NCBI RefSeq assembly: GCF_009914755.1
Contig: NC_060929.1
Source of the DNA: the human T2T-CHM13v2.0 reference genome, Homo sapiens
Length of the DNA: 64,000 bases
Reading direction: 5' to 3' (one strand)
Below, piece after piece: positions 29,710-45,244 of the stretch. Positions within the stretch are counted from its first letter, which is position 1; the number at the start of each line of letters is the position of its first letter. The position numbers were made by a program, and so were the translations under genes. Under the pieces are notes generated by a model. The model did no database searches, was not told the origin of the DNA, and saw only the letters and a list, made by a program, of their open reading frames with translations.

Positions 29710-30130
29710 TAATCCCCTTGACAAGATTCTGGTGATTCCTTTAAGGCCTACCTCCCAGAGGAGTTTACCTGCAGTGTGGGAGTTTGTGCCAAATTCAACC
29801 CCTTCTGGGCACAGGGTAGCATGTCCATGTCTGCCACCTTGTGGTTAGATGGGGCCACTGACAGCGGAAATTAACCTGTCATTTTTGAGCTGGAGCATTT
29901 AGTTGATGGTGGGTGACCATCCAGAGCTCTCTTGCTCTCTGCCAGGGTGACAAGCATGTTCTAGAAAGGCGCTGCTGCATTAGCCTGAGGGCGGAATAAA
30001 TGGATGGTACATAGCAAACCTACCAGTTGACAGACGTTCATGTGAAAAGAAAGAAACCATTGTCGTTTTAAGCTGCTAGGATTTGGTGGTCCTTTGTTAT
30101 CAAAGCATAACAGTGTATGCTGATAGATTC
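29710..30130 (+). mobile_element. Old MLT1 (MaLR) LTR
   Basis: 3' end TTTTAAGCTGCTAGGATTTGG...TTTGTTATCAAAGCATAAC. The 5' boundary is uncertain. Confidence 0.55.
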
Positions 30131-30614
30131 CGAGGGTGAGATGTAAAATTTGAGTAGGAATCACAGGAAGTGATGAACTCATTATTTTTAACTGTGGTGG
30201 TGTAGATGTCAGGAAAAGCTTCACAGAGTTTCTGGTTTTTAAGCTAAATCTTGAGGTTGTGAGCAGTTTTGTACATTTTTTTTTAAGGAAAACAAGCATT
30301 AAGTTTGACATGTGCTTTAATATTAGCAATATAACACATTTAAGTTTCCAAAAATTTTCTTATATTGAGTAAGATAATAGACTATTTTTCAAAGAAAACA
30401 TCCATGAGAACTCCTAGCTTTGACTTAAATTATTTTTATTGTAATAATGCTAAAATATATATTAATTTTTTATATCTATTATGGTTATAGCTCACATATT
30501 GCTTTAAATTTGAAGCAAATTTAACATGTCATACTTTAATAAAAAGTTTTCAAAAATTTCTAACAAACTTGGGGGGTTCTAATGAGAGTTCCTTAAGATA
30601 TAATAAATAATAAT

Positions 30615-30898
30615 TTTTTTTTTGAGACAGAGTCTCACACGGTGGCCCAGGCTGTAGTGCAGTGGCACGATCGCTGCTCACTGCAACTTCCGCCTCCTGG
30701 GTTCAAGCAATTCTCCTGCCTCAGCCTCCCGAGCAGCTGAGATTAGTAGCCACCATGCCCGGCTAATTTTTTGTATTTTTATTAGAGACGGAGTTTCACC
30801 ATGTTGGCCAGGCTGGTCTCGAACTCCTGACCTCGTGATCTGCCTGCCTCAGCCTCCCAAAGTGCTGGGATTATAGGCGTGAGCCACCATGCCCAGCC
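30615..30898 (-). mobile_element. AluS
   Basis: Full dimer flanked by AT(A/G)AATAATAAT at 30603-30614 and 30899-30910. Confidence 0.95.
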
Positions 30899-32298
30899 AT
30901 GAATAATAATATTCTATATTCTGGTTAAATTTAAAGTTATTTTTACTAAAAGTCTTTAACAAAGTACTTTGGTAAATTGATACCAATGGAAACTCAAAAA
31001 TTAACAACATTCAAATTAATTTGGCATGACAAATGATGTTTTAATTAATTGCTAAAATTTAGTTTAATGTTATAAAAATATGCTTGGATAGTTTCTATTT
31101 TACTTGTGGTTAACTTGAATCCTTAAATTTGATTATTATGGACCATCATCTGAGTCACTGTCATTAACACCGTTGATATTTTTTTCTTTTAAACACTACA
31201 CAATTTTAAAATGACTCTAGCATCATTTCAATGAGCCAGTCAATTCAATGCTGTACTCCATATTATAATGTCAAAATAATTTAACAATCTATAACAAAAT
31301 ATTCTTCATATTCTCATTACTACACTTGCTGCTACTGAATGCTTCAAGTTCGTACCTGCAGAGCTAGAATCAGTGTGGTATATCTGTTCTCAATGAATAT
31401 ATGGATTGATTACCATAATGTCAGTCTTTCTGAGTAGAGCTTGCTTATGCTACTGTGTGCCCTCTCATCACTCAATTCCCCTTTGCTCAGTTCTACTCAT
31501 GTCTCCTTGAAGTACTCTGAAAACATTGTTTTCACATTTGTCAAATATTTATTAACACATGAAGGTTGCCTCTGTTTTTTACCCATTAACTCAAGATAAT
31601 TAAAATAAAAACAACACATGATCCTGATACATTTTATTGTTTTAAAATGGAAAATTAAAGCCTAAATTTATCCAATAATAAGCAAAAATTTTATTTTATG
31701 AAAATACCTTCCAAATAACTTAATACTGCGAAAGCATAGTGTAGCCTTTATACCTAGGAACATATTTCAATATGAGTGCAAAGTCAAATTTGGAATGTTT
31801 ATTACCATTTTCACAATTAGGACAATGTCTACTATTGAAAAACTTCTAAGGTCTGAAATTCCAATCATATGAATTACGTATTTAGTCACACTGGTAGCTT
31901 TGTTTTTTTGTCCTTCATTGCTAAGCAACCAAAAAAAGTGGTTAGATAACCTGAAGAGTATAGTATAAACCTGTTTGGGTTTGTTTTGTTGAAATCATGC
32001 CTAGAAAATTGCATTTGTGAACAAAATAATTATATTTGCAACTTAATTAGTACTTCACATATGTCAGGAACTTTATGTGTATTATTTTATTTAACCCTCA
32101 CAACAGTTCAGACAACCTCACTTTAATATATTAAAGTCAGTTTATAGATCAACTACTTAAAGTCAGATTATAGATCGACTACTTATAAGATAATTTATAT
32201 TTAGAAGTATTTAACAAGCCTTTGAAAAATTGGTTGAACAATCGAGGGGTTGCTATATTGTGCTACCATGCTTTCTTTCTAAACTCAGGCACTCATTT

Positions 32299-33112
32299 TG
32301 ATATGAGAGCAGGCCAGGGAAGTGCTAGGTACAGAAGGGCCGAATCCCTGGAGAGGGCTCCACCCTTGGGCCTGTGCCCACAGACCTAAGTGAGAACAGA
32401 CACTTCTCTTTTCACACCCGAATGTTGCGTTTTCCAAGACCACTCTGGCCTGCGACACCCCCCATCCAGTGCCCATGTAAACCTGAGACCTTATCAGGCA
32501 CACACACAAGCAGTTGAACATCGAGACCAGTAGACCAGCATACCAGAGGCAGCAGAACGAATTGGCAGAGAAAGAGAGAAAAGGAGGGATGTTGGGACAT
32601 TGAGGGGAGTTTGGCCAGGGGTGGTCGGGGCCTTTGGGCGATTCGACTCCAGGGGGAGACCACCTTCCCACTCCATCCCCCGTTCTGGCTCCCACCCATC
32701 TCGCAGAGCTCTACCTCCACCATTCAGCAAAACCTTGCACTCATCCTTCAAGCCTGTGTGTTCCAATTCTTTTGGGACACTGGGCAAGAGATCGGGATAC
32801 AGAAGCCTGTCACACTGGCCCTCTGCCGTCGCGATAAGGCAGAGGGTCAATTGAGCTGATTAATACACAAGCCGTCAGCAGATGGCAAAACTGAAAGATC
32901 TTGGTAACACATGCCCACTTGAGCTGTGGGAGTTGCAGACACCCATCCCTAGACTCTGCTATGGGGCTGCAGCCCAAAAGCATTCGCCCTGGCCTCTGTA
33001 CCTGCCCATCTGCATGCTTCCCCTAGGGGTTTGAGCTGTGGGGTGACCAAGCAGGCGAGTCACACCCCTGTTGCACATCCTGCAATGGGAATCAGGGAAC
33101 TCTTCCATTTCA
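32299..33112 (+). mobile_element. ERV1 solo LTR (LTR1/LTR28-like)
   Basis: TG...CA termini, perfect ATTT duplication at 32295-32298 and 33113-33116, GC-rich with residual CpGs. Confidence 0.85.
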
Positions 33113-33159
33113 ATTTTCCCTGCTGCTGGGGCTGTAAAGCTCCTGAGAGCTCTCTGTTG

Positions 33160-33510
33160 AGCCCATAAAAAAGAATGAGTTCACATCTTTTGTTGGAACG
33201 TAGGTGGAGTTGGAGGCCATTATCCTTAGCAAACTAATGCAGGAATGGAAAAGCAAATACTGCATGTTCTCACTTATAAGTGGGAGCTAAATGATGAGAA
33301 CTCATGAACACAAAGAAGGGAACAGCAGACACTGGGATCTACTTGAGCGTAGAGGGTGGAAGGAAGGAGAGGAGCAGAAAAATAGCCATCAGGTACTAGG
33401 CTTAGCAGCGGTGATTAAATAATCTGCACAACAAACCCCCGTGACACAAGTGTACCCATGTAATAAATCTGCACATATACCCCGAACCTAAAATAAAAGC
33501 TTTAAAAATT
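33160..33510 (+). mobile_element. L1PA (older) 3' end
   Basis: GCCCATAAAAAAGAATGAG...CCGAACCTAAAATAAAAG. Confidence 0.85.
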
Positions 33511-34429
33511 ATAAATAAGTTATAACATCTTATATTTGTAAAAAATACTTAGCCTTACAAAATGCATTTACAAATACTTCATTATTGCATACTCATAACT
33601 AACCCTGAAAGATAGAACACATTTTGTTGTTTTTATCTTATAATGAGAAAATGAAAGCTTCCATAGAAGAACCCATGATCACTTTCACAGCTGTCGGAAA
33701 CCAAGTCCAACATTCTTTCCACTAATTCTTTCATCTTTACTGATACCATAATGATGCAGACATGCTTTTCCACATGTTCTGGTTGATATCCCAGATGTGG
33801 AGACGCAAGACAAATAAATTTGAACACTGGTAGTTGTGGCAGAAATAAGCCTTGTGTAATTTGGAGCAAAACAAAGTCACTGAGCCACAGAAGGCATGTT
33901 GAGGCAGCAAAGTGCTTGCGAATCTGTTCCTGAGGTGGTGTAAAACTGAAAACAGAGGAGTAAAAAAGGTATAATTCACTGATTTGACATGAATCAAGCT
34001 AAACAGCATCAGCAATTTTATTTTGGCAACTTGAAATGTGCCTTGACTTTTGTAAATGTATACCTCTCAAGTGAATGACCCTGGAAATAACTATTTAAGT
34101 GAGCTAGAAAAGTCACTTATAACCATAGTAAAATATAAATAATATTGAAATTCCTTGTCAAAAAGCCCTCAGTATTTTAATAAATTAATCTCTATTTGTC
34201 ACATTTAAAAGCCACTTCTTTGTCTCTCAACAGTTTCATTCATATAATTTTTTATTTATATTGATGTCAGGCAAAATATTGATCATAACAAAGAAAATTT
34301 CTACTTACGTTATACAAATGTCTTGGTGTGGCAAACTAGGAAGTAAATACTTTCACTTTTGAAATTTTAGAGACTATTTATAAAGGTGCTTGAAGGCATA
34401 ACAAATTTTCAAAGGATATTATTTAAAAC

Positions 34430-36105
<1,676 letters not shown>

Positions 36106-37227
36106 TTCTTTAATTATCTGTTTTCTATACATATATATGTCTATGTGTTTGTATGTACAACCATACAAATAATGTACATATAACGATATTGAAAATATTC
36201 CCGAGATTTTTGAATCCTGCTTTTCATTTAACATTCTATCATGAGAATTGTCTTATGTCTACATAATCTTTATAACCATGCTTCTTAATGGTAGAATAGT
36301 ATTCCAATATTGGGTTATAGTCTTTTAAATCCATGATTACCCCTTTGTTGGCCATTTATGGTCCTTCTTTTTCTACTGTTTTGATGAGGGAAGATAGCAA
36401 AGCCCAACAGTTAGTAGTACCACATATTGACAGAGCACTTACTTCATGCCAGACACAGATTAAGCACTCTCTCTCTATATATATTAACTTTTTAATACTC
36501 CAATAATTATATGATAGAAGTACTATTATTATACCTATTTATAGAGGGATAAACTAAGGTACAGTGTTTTCAAGAAAAAGCGAAGTGAACAAACTGTCAA
36601 GTACATGGTGAATAGTTTGCATTCTTAGCTACTATAGCTAAATGAATAATTTCTTATGTTCATACAGGACCAGACAGTGCTGTAGGCATTTTGCATCTAA
36701 TAATTCTATTAATCTTGTTAAAAACAAACACACAAACAAGCCTTAAGTGGTGATGAGGCTCAATTTAGAGGTATACAGCTCTCATTTCAAACTGCAACTA
36801 ACATCTAGTTGGTTCTGTGGCCTTCCCACATGGCCTTCCTATAGATGCTAATTGCTGCTGCCACATGTAATTTGGTATTATAATATCTGTAAATTGCTTT
36901 GCATAATACTTTGGCACATGGTAATCATTCAATAGATGACAGTTGTGGATACAATAATTATTACTACTATCATCTTAAAAATTAGGTTAAAGGTCACCAA
37001 TACAGTCTTCTAATTTTTTTTAATGATTTTGGTATTTTTGTTTAGCTCTTCAATCCATTTGGAATGTACTTTCATCTATCATGTGGAGTAAATATCTAGC
37101 ATAATTTTTCACCATGTAGCCAATTTTTAAGCATTATATATTAAATAATCTATATGTTACTTTGCTACTTTCCACTTTCCAACCAGAGTAACTTCTGTGT
37201 GCATAGGTATATGTACACCAACACATA

Positions 37228-37719
37228 TAGTAGTCATTCCTTATCTACTGTTTCATTTTCCACAATTTCAGTTACCTGTGGTCAACTGTGGTCCAAAAAT
37301 ATTAAATGGGAAATTCCAGAAATAAACTATTCATAAGATTTAAACTGCTTGCTGGTCTGAGTAACATGATAAAATATTGTGCCATCCCACTCAGGACCTG
37401 AATCATTCATTTGTCCAGCAGTATCCATACTGTATACACCACCTGCAGGTTAGTCACTTAGTCATCTCAGTTGTCAGGGTATCACAGTGCTTGTATTCAA
37501 ATAAACCTTATTTTACTCACTAATGCTGCCAACATGCAAGAGTACTGATGTTGCCATATTGTCCTATTTTATTATTAGTTATTGTTGTTAGTCTCTTACT
37601 GTGGATAATTTATTTAAGTTAAACTTTATCCTAAGTATCTATGTTTAAGAAAAAACATAGTACATATAGGGTTTGGATAATCTATGGTTTCAGGCATCTA
37701 CTGGGAGTCTTGGAAGGGG

Positions 37720-37727
<8 letters not shown>
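37228..37727. mobile_element. MER44B-like TcMar-Tigger element
   Basis: TAGTAGTCATTCCTTATC...TTTCAGTTACCTGTGGTCAACTGTGGTCCAAAAATATTAAATGG. Confidence 0.75.
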
Positions 37728-37758
<31 letters not shown>

Positions 37759-37775
37759 TGTGTGTGTGTGTGTGT
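37726..37775. repeat. (TG)n microsatellite with one interruption
   Basis: Direct observation. Confidence 0.95.
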
Positions 37776-37884
37776 ATACATATGACTGTTGGACTGTTTT
37801 CAGGGCTGGATATTGGATATGCTGCTCCATTTATTTGACTATTAATTCTTGTGCCAAGTTATAACCTTCCAATTATTTTATTTT

Positions 37885-38120
37885 TTAAAACAATTTAATT
37901 TTAAATTGATAAATAATAATTTTGCATATTCATAGGGTATACAGTGATGTTGCAATACATATAATATATAGTGATCAGATCAGAGTAGCTGGCATATCCA
38001 TCATCTCAAACATTTATCATTTTTTGTGTGCTGGGGACATTTGCTATCCTCTTTATAGCTATTTGAAACAATATAATTTATTATTAACTGTAGTCATCCT
38101 ACAGTGATAAAGAACACTAT
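37885..38120 (-). mobile_element. L1MA/L1PB 3' end fragment
   Basis: CATATTCATAGGGTATACAGTGATGTTGCAATACAT...GTCATCCTACAGTG. Confidence 0.7.
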
Positions 38121-39451
38121 AATTTTATATTTTGGCTTTTACTGAGGAAACTCTTCACATATTTCTCTTCTTCTTGAAACTATGCTTAGCTATTCTTATG
38201 AATTTTTATTCCAAATATCTTTAGAATCATTTTGTAAAGGCCTATAGGCCTTGATAGGACTATGGAAAGGCTAGAAATTTATTTAGAGAAGGTCTGATAT
38301 ATTATAATATTTAGTCTTCCTATGAGGAAGTATACCTGCCACGTATTAAAACAATTTACAACCGTTAGAAAGCTTTTCTTTAATAAAGTCCTACATATGT
38401 CTTGATAGATGTATTCCTATATTATTTGTATTTTTGTTACTATTGTGAAGGAAATATTATCCTGCCTGTCATTTATTATAACTAGTTATTATTGGGAAAG
38501 AAGGAAATGATCAACTTTTAAACTTTTATCTTGATAGTAGACACTTCACTAAACTTTTAAATAAATTTCAACAGTTTTGTAGTTGACTATTTTGAGTTCT
38601 GAGCATGTAATACTAAGTTAAATAGTAATGATGGCTGCAAGCTCCTTCTTTTATAAACGATATTAATAGGACTGGCTCCAGTATTCTACTAGTAGGCATG
38701 ATGCAGCTGCTGCATTTAAATTGATATTCTTAGCTTTCTAAGCACTTTAATTAGGTGTCAAATGCTATAGAACATCTTTTGTCTTCTTATCATCATATGA
38801 TTTTTTTGGTGGATATATTTTCAGTAGCAACATAACGAATAGGAGGCAGGGCTTAATATCCTAGCTTTCATTCTCATTAGCTACATTTTCCCCCATTCTT
38901 TGATATAAACAATTGAGATATTCCGAATCTTTGGTAAAAAATTTAGATCTCTATCTCACTTTTGTTTTTTCATAATGTCAAGCTCTATATTTCCTATGTA
39001 GTTTCTTTCTGTAGCCACTTTTGAACCAAGTAATATATTTATAATCTATATTTTAATATTTCTTTTAATTCATAAAAAAATCCGTTTTCAAAGTTGGAAT
39101 AAGAACTTAAAAGGTACATTCGAAACAAACTATCCTCTTTTAAGTCATGATAAAATGGATGTAAACAAATACTATCCTGGAAAAATGGGACATAAAATCA
39201 CTTAATCTAGAAAGATCCATAAGTGCCATTGAGCCTTGTTTTTTCTTATGACTCATTAAATTTATACTGATTTTAGGGGAAAAACCCATTGGAACTAGAA
39301 AATTAGTCTTGAATGCTTACTTAAGGAGTATATTATTGAATACGTCTTGAGAGGCTGGCTTGGAATAGAGTTGATTAATAAGGCCCAGTAGCTCATAGCA
39401 AAGAATTTATTCTTTATGCTGAGAATAAAGGTGAGCATAATTAGATTAAAA

Positions 39452-41617
39452 TTTTTTTTTAATGTTTATGGGTATACAGTTGGTGTATATACTTATAGGA
39501 TATATGAGATATTTTGACACAGGCATATAATACATGATAATTACCTCAGGATAAATGTGATATCCATCACATCACAAACTTATTTCTTTATGCTGGAAGC
39601 ATATCAATTATATTCTTTTAGATTTTTTAACATGTAAAAAATTATTATTAACTGTAATCACCCTGTTACAGTATCAAATATTAAATGTTATTCCTTCTAT
39701 TTAATTACATTTTTGTACCCATTAACTATCTCACTTTTCCCTATCCCCCACTCACTACCCTTCTCAGACTCTGGTAACCATCATTCTACTCTCTATCTCC
39801 ATGAAATCAATTGCTATAATTTTTAGCTCACACAAATAAATGAGAACATGTAAAATTTATCTTTATGTGCTTGGCTTATTTCGCTCAACATGATGTCCTC
39901 CAATTCCATTCGTGTTGTTGCAAATGATTAAATCTCATTCTTTTTTATGGCTAAATAGTACTCCACTGGGTATATATACATTTTCTTTATCCATTTGTCT
40001 GTCGATGGACACTTAACGTTGCTTCCAAATTTTGGCTATTGTGAATAGTGCTACAATAAACAAGGGAGTACAGATATCTTTTCAATATACTGATTTCCTT
40101 TCTTAGGGGTGTGCAGCTGGCAGTGGACTGGATCATAAGATAGTTCAATTTTTAGTTTTTTTAAGGAAACTCCATACTGTTCTCTATTATGACTGTACTA
40201 ATTTACATCCCCAGCAACAGTGTACACGGTTGCCTTTTCTCCACATCATGACCAGCATTTGGTATTACCTATCTTGTGGCTAAAAGCTATTTTAACAGGT
40301 GTGAGATGATATCTCATTGTAGTTTAGACTTGCATGTGTCTGATGATCAAGGATGTTGAGAACCTTTTAATATACCTGTTTGCCATTTGTATGTCTTTTT
40401 TTTTCAGAAATGCCCATTCAGATCTTTTGTCCATTTTTAATCAGATTATTAGATTTTTTTCCTATAGAGTTTTTGAGCTCCTTTTATATCATTATTAGAT
40501 GACTTGCAAATATTTTCTCCCATTTTGTGGGTTGTCTCTCCACTTTGCTCACTGCTTGTTTTGCTGTGCAGAGACTTTCTAACTTGATGTGATCCCATTT
40601 GTCCATTTTTGCTTTGGTTGCCTGTGGTCTTGGGGTATTACTGAAGAAATATTTGCCCAGACATGTTTCCTGGAGAGCTTCCTCAATATTTTATTTTAGA
40701 AGTTTCATAGTTTCAGGTCTCAGACTTAAGTATTTAATCCATTTTAATTTGATTTTTGTCTATGGTGAGAGAGAGATAGGGATATAGTTTCAATCTTCTG
40801 CTTATGGATATCCATTTTCCTCAGCATCATTTAGTGAAGAGACTGTCCTTTCCCCAGTGTATGTTCTTTGCACCTTTGTCAAAAATGAGTTTGCTGTAGA
40901 TGTATGGATCTATTTCTGGGTTCTCTATTCTGTTTCATTGGTCTATGTGTCTGCTTTTATGACAGCATCATGCTGTTTTGTTATTTGGGTTATAATAGCT
41001 CTGCAGTATAATTTGAAGTCTGGTAATGTGATTCCTCCAGTTTTGCTCTTTTTGATTAGGATGGCTTTGGCTATTCTGGGTCTTTTCTGGGTCCATATCA
41101 ATTTTAAGAGATTTTTTTTCTATTTCTATTTCTATAAAGAATGTCATTGGTATTTTGATGAGAATTGCACTGAATCTGTAGATTTCTTTGGGTAGTATGG
41201 ATATTTAATGATATTAATTCTTCCAATCCATGGATATAAAATATCTATCAACTTTTTGTGTCCTCTTCAATTTCTTGCATCAATGTTTAACAGTTTTCAT
41301 TATAAAGGTCTTTCACTTCTTTTGTTAAGTTTATTTCTAGGTATTTTATTTGTTGCTGTTGTAAATGGGACTACTTTCTTGATTTCTTTTTTCAGATTGT
41401 GATTGTTGGCATATAGAAATCCTACTGATTTTTGTATGTTGATTTTGTGTTCTGCAAATTTACTGAATTTGTTTAACAATTTTAGTAAGTTTTGGAGGAG
41501 TCTTTAGGTTTTCCCAAACATAAGATCATACCTTTTCCACACAGGGACAATTTGACTTCTTCCTTTCCAATTTTTATGCTTGCTTTCTTTCTTTTCTTTT
41601 CTTTCTTTCTTTCTTTT

Positions 41618-41686
<69 letters not shown>

Positions 41687-43185
41687 TTCTTTCTTTTTTC
41701 TTTCTTTCTTTCTTTTGTCTGATTGCTCTTGTTAGGACTTCCAGTACTATGTTGAATAACAATAGTGAAAGTGGGCATCCTTGTCTTCTTCCAGATTTTA
41801 GATGAAAGGCTTTCAGTTTTCCCCCAGTATGATACTAGCTGTGTTGTATATGGTTATTGTATTTAGGTATGCTTCTTCTATACTCCGTTTTTTGAGTATT
41901 TTCTCATGAAGGAATGTTAAATTTTATCAAACCCAGAAATACACCCAATAATTTTCAGCAGCAATCAAAATAATTATATAGTTTTTGTCCTTCCTTCTGT
42001 TAATATGATGTGTCATGTTGGTTTGCATATGTTAAATCATCCTTGCATCCCTAGGATAGATCTCACTTGATCATGATGGATGATCTTTTTAATGGATTGT
42101 TGAATTCAGTTTGCCAGTATTTTGTTGAGGATTTTTGCATCAATGTTTAGCAGGGATATTGGTCTGTAGTTTTCTTTTCTGAATGTGTCTCTGTCTAGTT
42201 TTGGTATCAGGGTAATTCCAGCCTTATAAATTGTGTTTGGAAGTATTCTCTGATCCTCTATTTTTGGAAATGTTTGAGTATTATTAGTTCTTCTTTAAAT
42301 GCTTGATAAAATTCATCAGTGAAGCCATTGGGTCCTGGGCTTTCCTTTGCTGGAAGAATTTTTTTTTATTACTTCTTTAATCTTATTACTTGTTATTGCT
42401 CTATTCATGTTTTGGATTTCTTCATAGTTCGATCTTGGTAAGTTGGATGTGTCTAGGGGTTTATTTATTTCTTCTAGGTTTTCCAATTTATTGACATATC
42501 ATTGCTCTTAGTAGTGTCTACTGACTCTTTGAATTTTGATGGTATCAATTGTAATGTCTCCCTTTTGATTTATCGTTTTGTTTATTTGGATCTTCTCTTA
42601 TTTTTAGCCCATTAGTCTGATGAAATAATTGTGGGTTTTGTTTCTCTCCAAGAAGGCAAATTTTTGTTTTGTTGACTTTTTGTATTTTTTTGTTTCAGTT
42701 CCACTTATTTCTGTTCTCATCTTTATTATTTCTTTTCTTCTACTAATTTTGGGTCTGCTTTGCTCTCGTTTTTCTGATTCTTTCAGATACATCATTAGGT
42801 TGTTTATTTTACATTTTCCTACTTTTTTGATGTAGGTGCTGATTGCTATACACGTTCCTCTTAGCATGGCTTTTGCCATATCTCATAAGTTTTGGTATGT
42901 TATATTTCCATTTTTGTTTTCATTTATTTCAAGAAATGTTTAAATTGATTTGAAAAGTGTTATTGGCTTCTAGTTTTATTCCAATGTGGTCAGAAAGGAT
43001 ACTTAATATGATTTCAATTTTCTTGAAATTTTTAAGCCTTTTATTGTGGCTCAACGTTTGGTCTATCCCTGAGAATGATTCCTGTGCTGAGGAGAGTAAT
43101 GTGTATTCTGCAGCTGTTGGATGAAACATTTTGTAAATGTCTGTTAGGCACCTTTGGTCTATAGTGCAAATTGAGTCCAATGATT
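39452..43185 (-). mobile_element. L1MA element, 3' UTR through most of ORF2
   Basis: Poly-T, antisense 3' UTR, and minus-strand ORF2 remnants ([19 protein letters not shown]). Confidence 0.92.
41580..41716. repeat. Compound (CTTT)n microsatellite inside L1 ORF2
   Basis: Long pure-pyrimidine CTTT tract. Confidence 0.97.
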
Positions 43186-43199
43186 TTTTATAGGTTACC

Positions 43200-44050
43200 T
43201 GAGGCAAGATCATAAAGGCTCTTGAATGCTTTCTGTGGGTCTTATTCTAAAGGCATTAGGTATCATGAAAGTTTTTAAGAGGAGTGTGATATAATTGGGT
43301 TTTCACTTTGGAAAGATTACCCTTACTTAGTGGAGAAAATAAATCAGGGATAGAGATGACTTCAAGACCAGAGACGGAATAAACCTTTCAGAGTCTATAG
43401 CAATCATTTCTGCTAGAAATGTCGGTAGCCTGAACTAAGGTAGTAGATGTAAAACTAGACAGAAGTGGATTGAATGGAGAGTTATTAGGGAAATTACATC
43501 AATAACAATTATTGACATGAGAAGGGAGAGTTGGGAATTACACAAGAGAAGAATAGGCTTAGAAGCAAGATGTTATACCAACTGTGAACAGATTGAGTTT
43601 GAGTTAACTCTAGGGCATCCATGTGGTGATGTTCAAGATAAAGTTATGTATATGAGTCTGGAACTCAGGAAAGGAGTCTGGATTAAAGAGATAAATTCAT
43701 GAGTCTAGCATTTAGTTGGTAACTGATGCCTGGATATAAATATGGATGAGCTTGCCCAGGGAGTTAGTGATTATCACAAAACTCTGTGGAACACCAAAAG
43801 GTAAAGCATGGTCAAGAAACAAACATGTATTTTCAAAGAATATTGAAAATAGCTATAAGTAGGAGGAAAACCAGAAGAGTGTGATTTCAGGGAATCCAAA
43901 TAAAGAACAGAGGAGAGGTTGAGAGTCACATGGTGCACACTGGTAAAATAAGGTAAATACTGGAAATTAAAACAAGGAGGTAATTGGTGACTTTGGAATG
44001 TATTCATTCCTCTAAGTGCTAAATGACACTGAGAGTGTCAGTCAGTAGCA
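43200..44050 (-). mobile_element. L2 fragments
   Basis: TTGAGTTTGAG...GGGCATCCATGTGGTGATGTTCAAG...GAGTCTGGAACTCAGG. Confidence 0.65.
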
Positions 44051-45244
44051 TCAAGATTCCAGTAGAATAAGAAATGTTCAAGAAGTAAGAAAATGACATG
44101 GTTCCTGTTTGCAAAAGGGCAATTATCCTGTGTAGGTGGATGCTATGAATTAGCATAAGACAAAACTCACAAGATCTAGAGGAAGAGCACATTGGTCAGG
44201 CAAGGGTGCCAATAGCATTCACCTTGGTTATGAAAGGCAAAAGAGGAATACATCAGTAGTTTAAGAGAGATCTGGGCTAATTTTTGTTTGTTTGCTATTG
44301 TTGTCACTTTTGTTGATAATAGTGGTGTGGGTGTGTGTGTGTGTGTGTAAAGAGTAATTCTTCAGTAATTATTCTAGACCCTAGATGTATATTATAATCA
44401 CTTGAGGAGCTTTTTAAACAATCTCAGATATTCTATTTAAACTGTCCTGGATATGGCTGAACATGTGGTGATTTGGGTGTATAACCAAATGTTAACAATT
44501 ACTGCTCTGAGCATATGTAAACACTGATGGGAAACAGCCAGAATACGGGGGCAGGGAAGTGTTGCAGATAATTGAGAGGGGTAATTAATTGATAGCTATC
44601 CCTGGGAGTGAACTGAAATCCACATTACAAGTGGGGAGATTGTACATACACAAGAAGAGGTAAGGCAAGGAACAATGGAGAGCAGAAAGGACAGATGACT
44701 ATTCTGGTAACTGAAAGTTTGGTATCGAAAGATACACTGAATTCCTTTCTTATGTGATCCGTTTTCTCTATGAAGTAGGAAGGGTAAGTTATGAGGTAGA
44801 GATTTTGAAAAGAATCCTTAAAAAATAAAAAACAAAACCCCCAAACAAACAGATGAATAAATTTAAGGGTGATAAGTGACAACTTATGTTTGCTTTGAGA
44901 CCATCCACTTTCTTCTACAAAAACACTTGTTCAAAGATGACTGACAGGAGAAAGGCTGTGAAAAAAGTGACCATAAATAACATAAGACCTCCAACTTCAA
45001 AGCATTAACCCATATAAGAACCTTTCTGAACAAATTTTCTGAACTAGAAAGCCACAGCCATTTTTTCTCTGAATTTTATTAGAATTGATAGTTGTCTATA
45101 ACTCCCATAGATATGTAAGAAACAAAACATTTTTCACATTGCACTATAATAATTTGGGAACAAATTTATAATGAATTATCTCTTCAGCAGTTAAGGAAAG
45201 AAAAGTGAATTAAGTTAAGGCACAAAAGTGAATTACACAGAATG

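Noticed and set aside
32285-32859. Cluster of overlapping ORFs on both strands as a gene
   Set aside because: They lie essentially within a GC-rich solo LTR, where stop codons are scarce.
41482-41778. Lys/Glu/Arg-rich and Phe/Leu/Ser-rich ORFs
   Set aside because: Translations of the (CTTT)n microsatellite.
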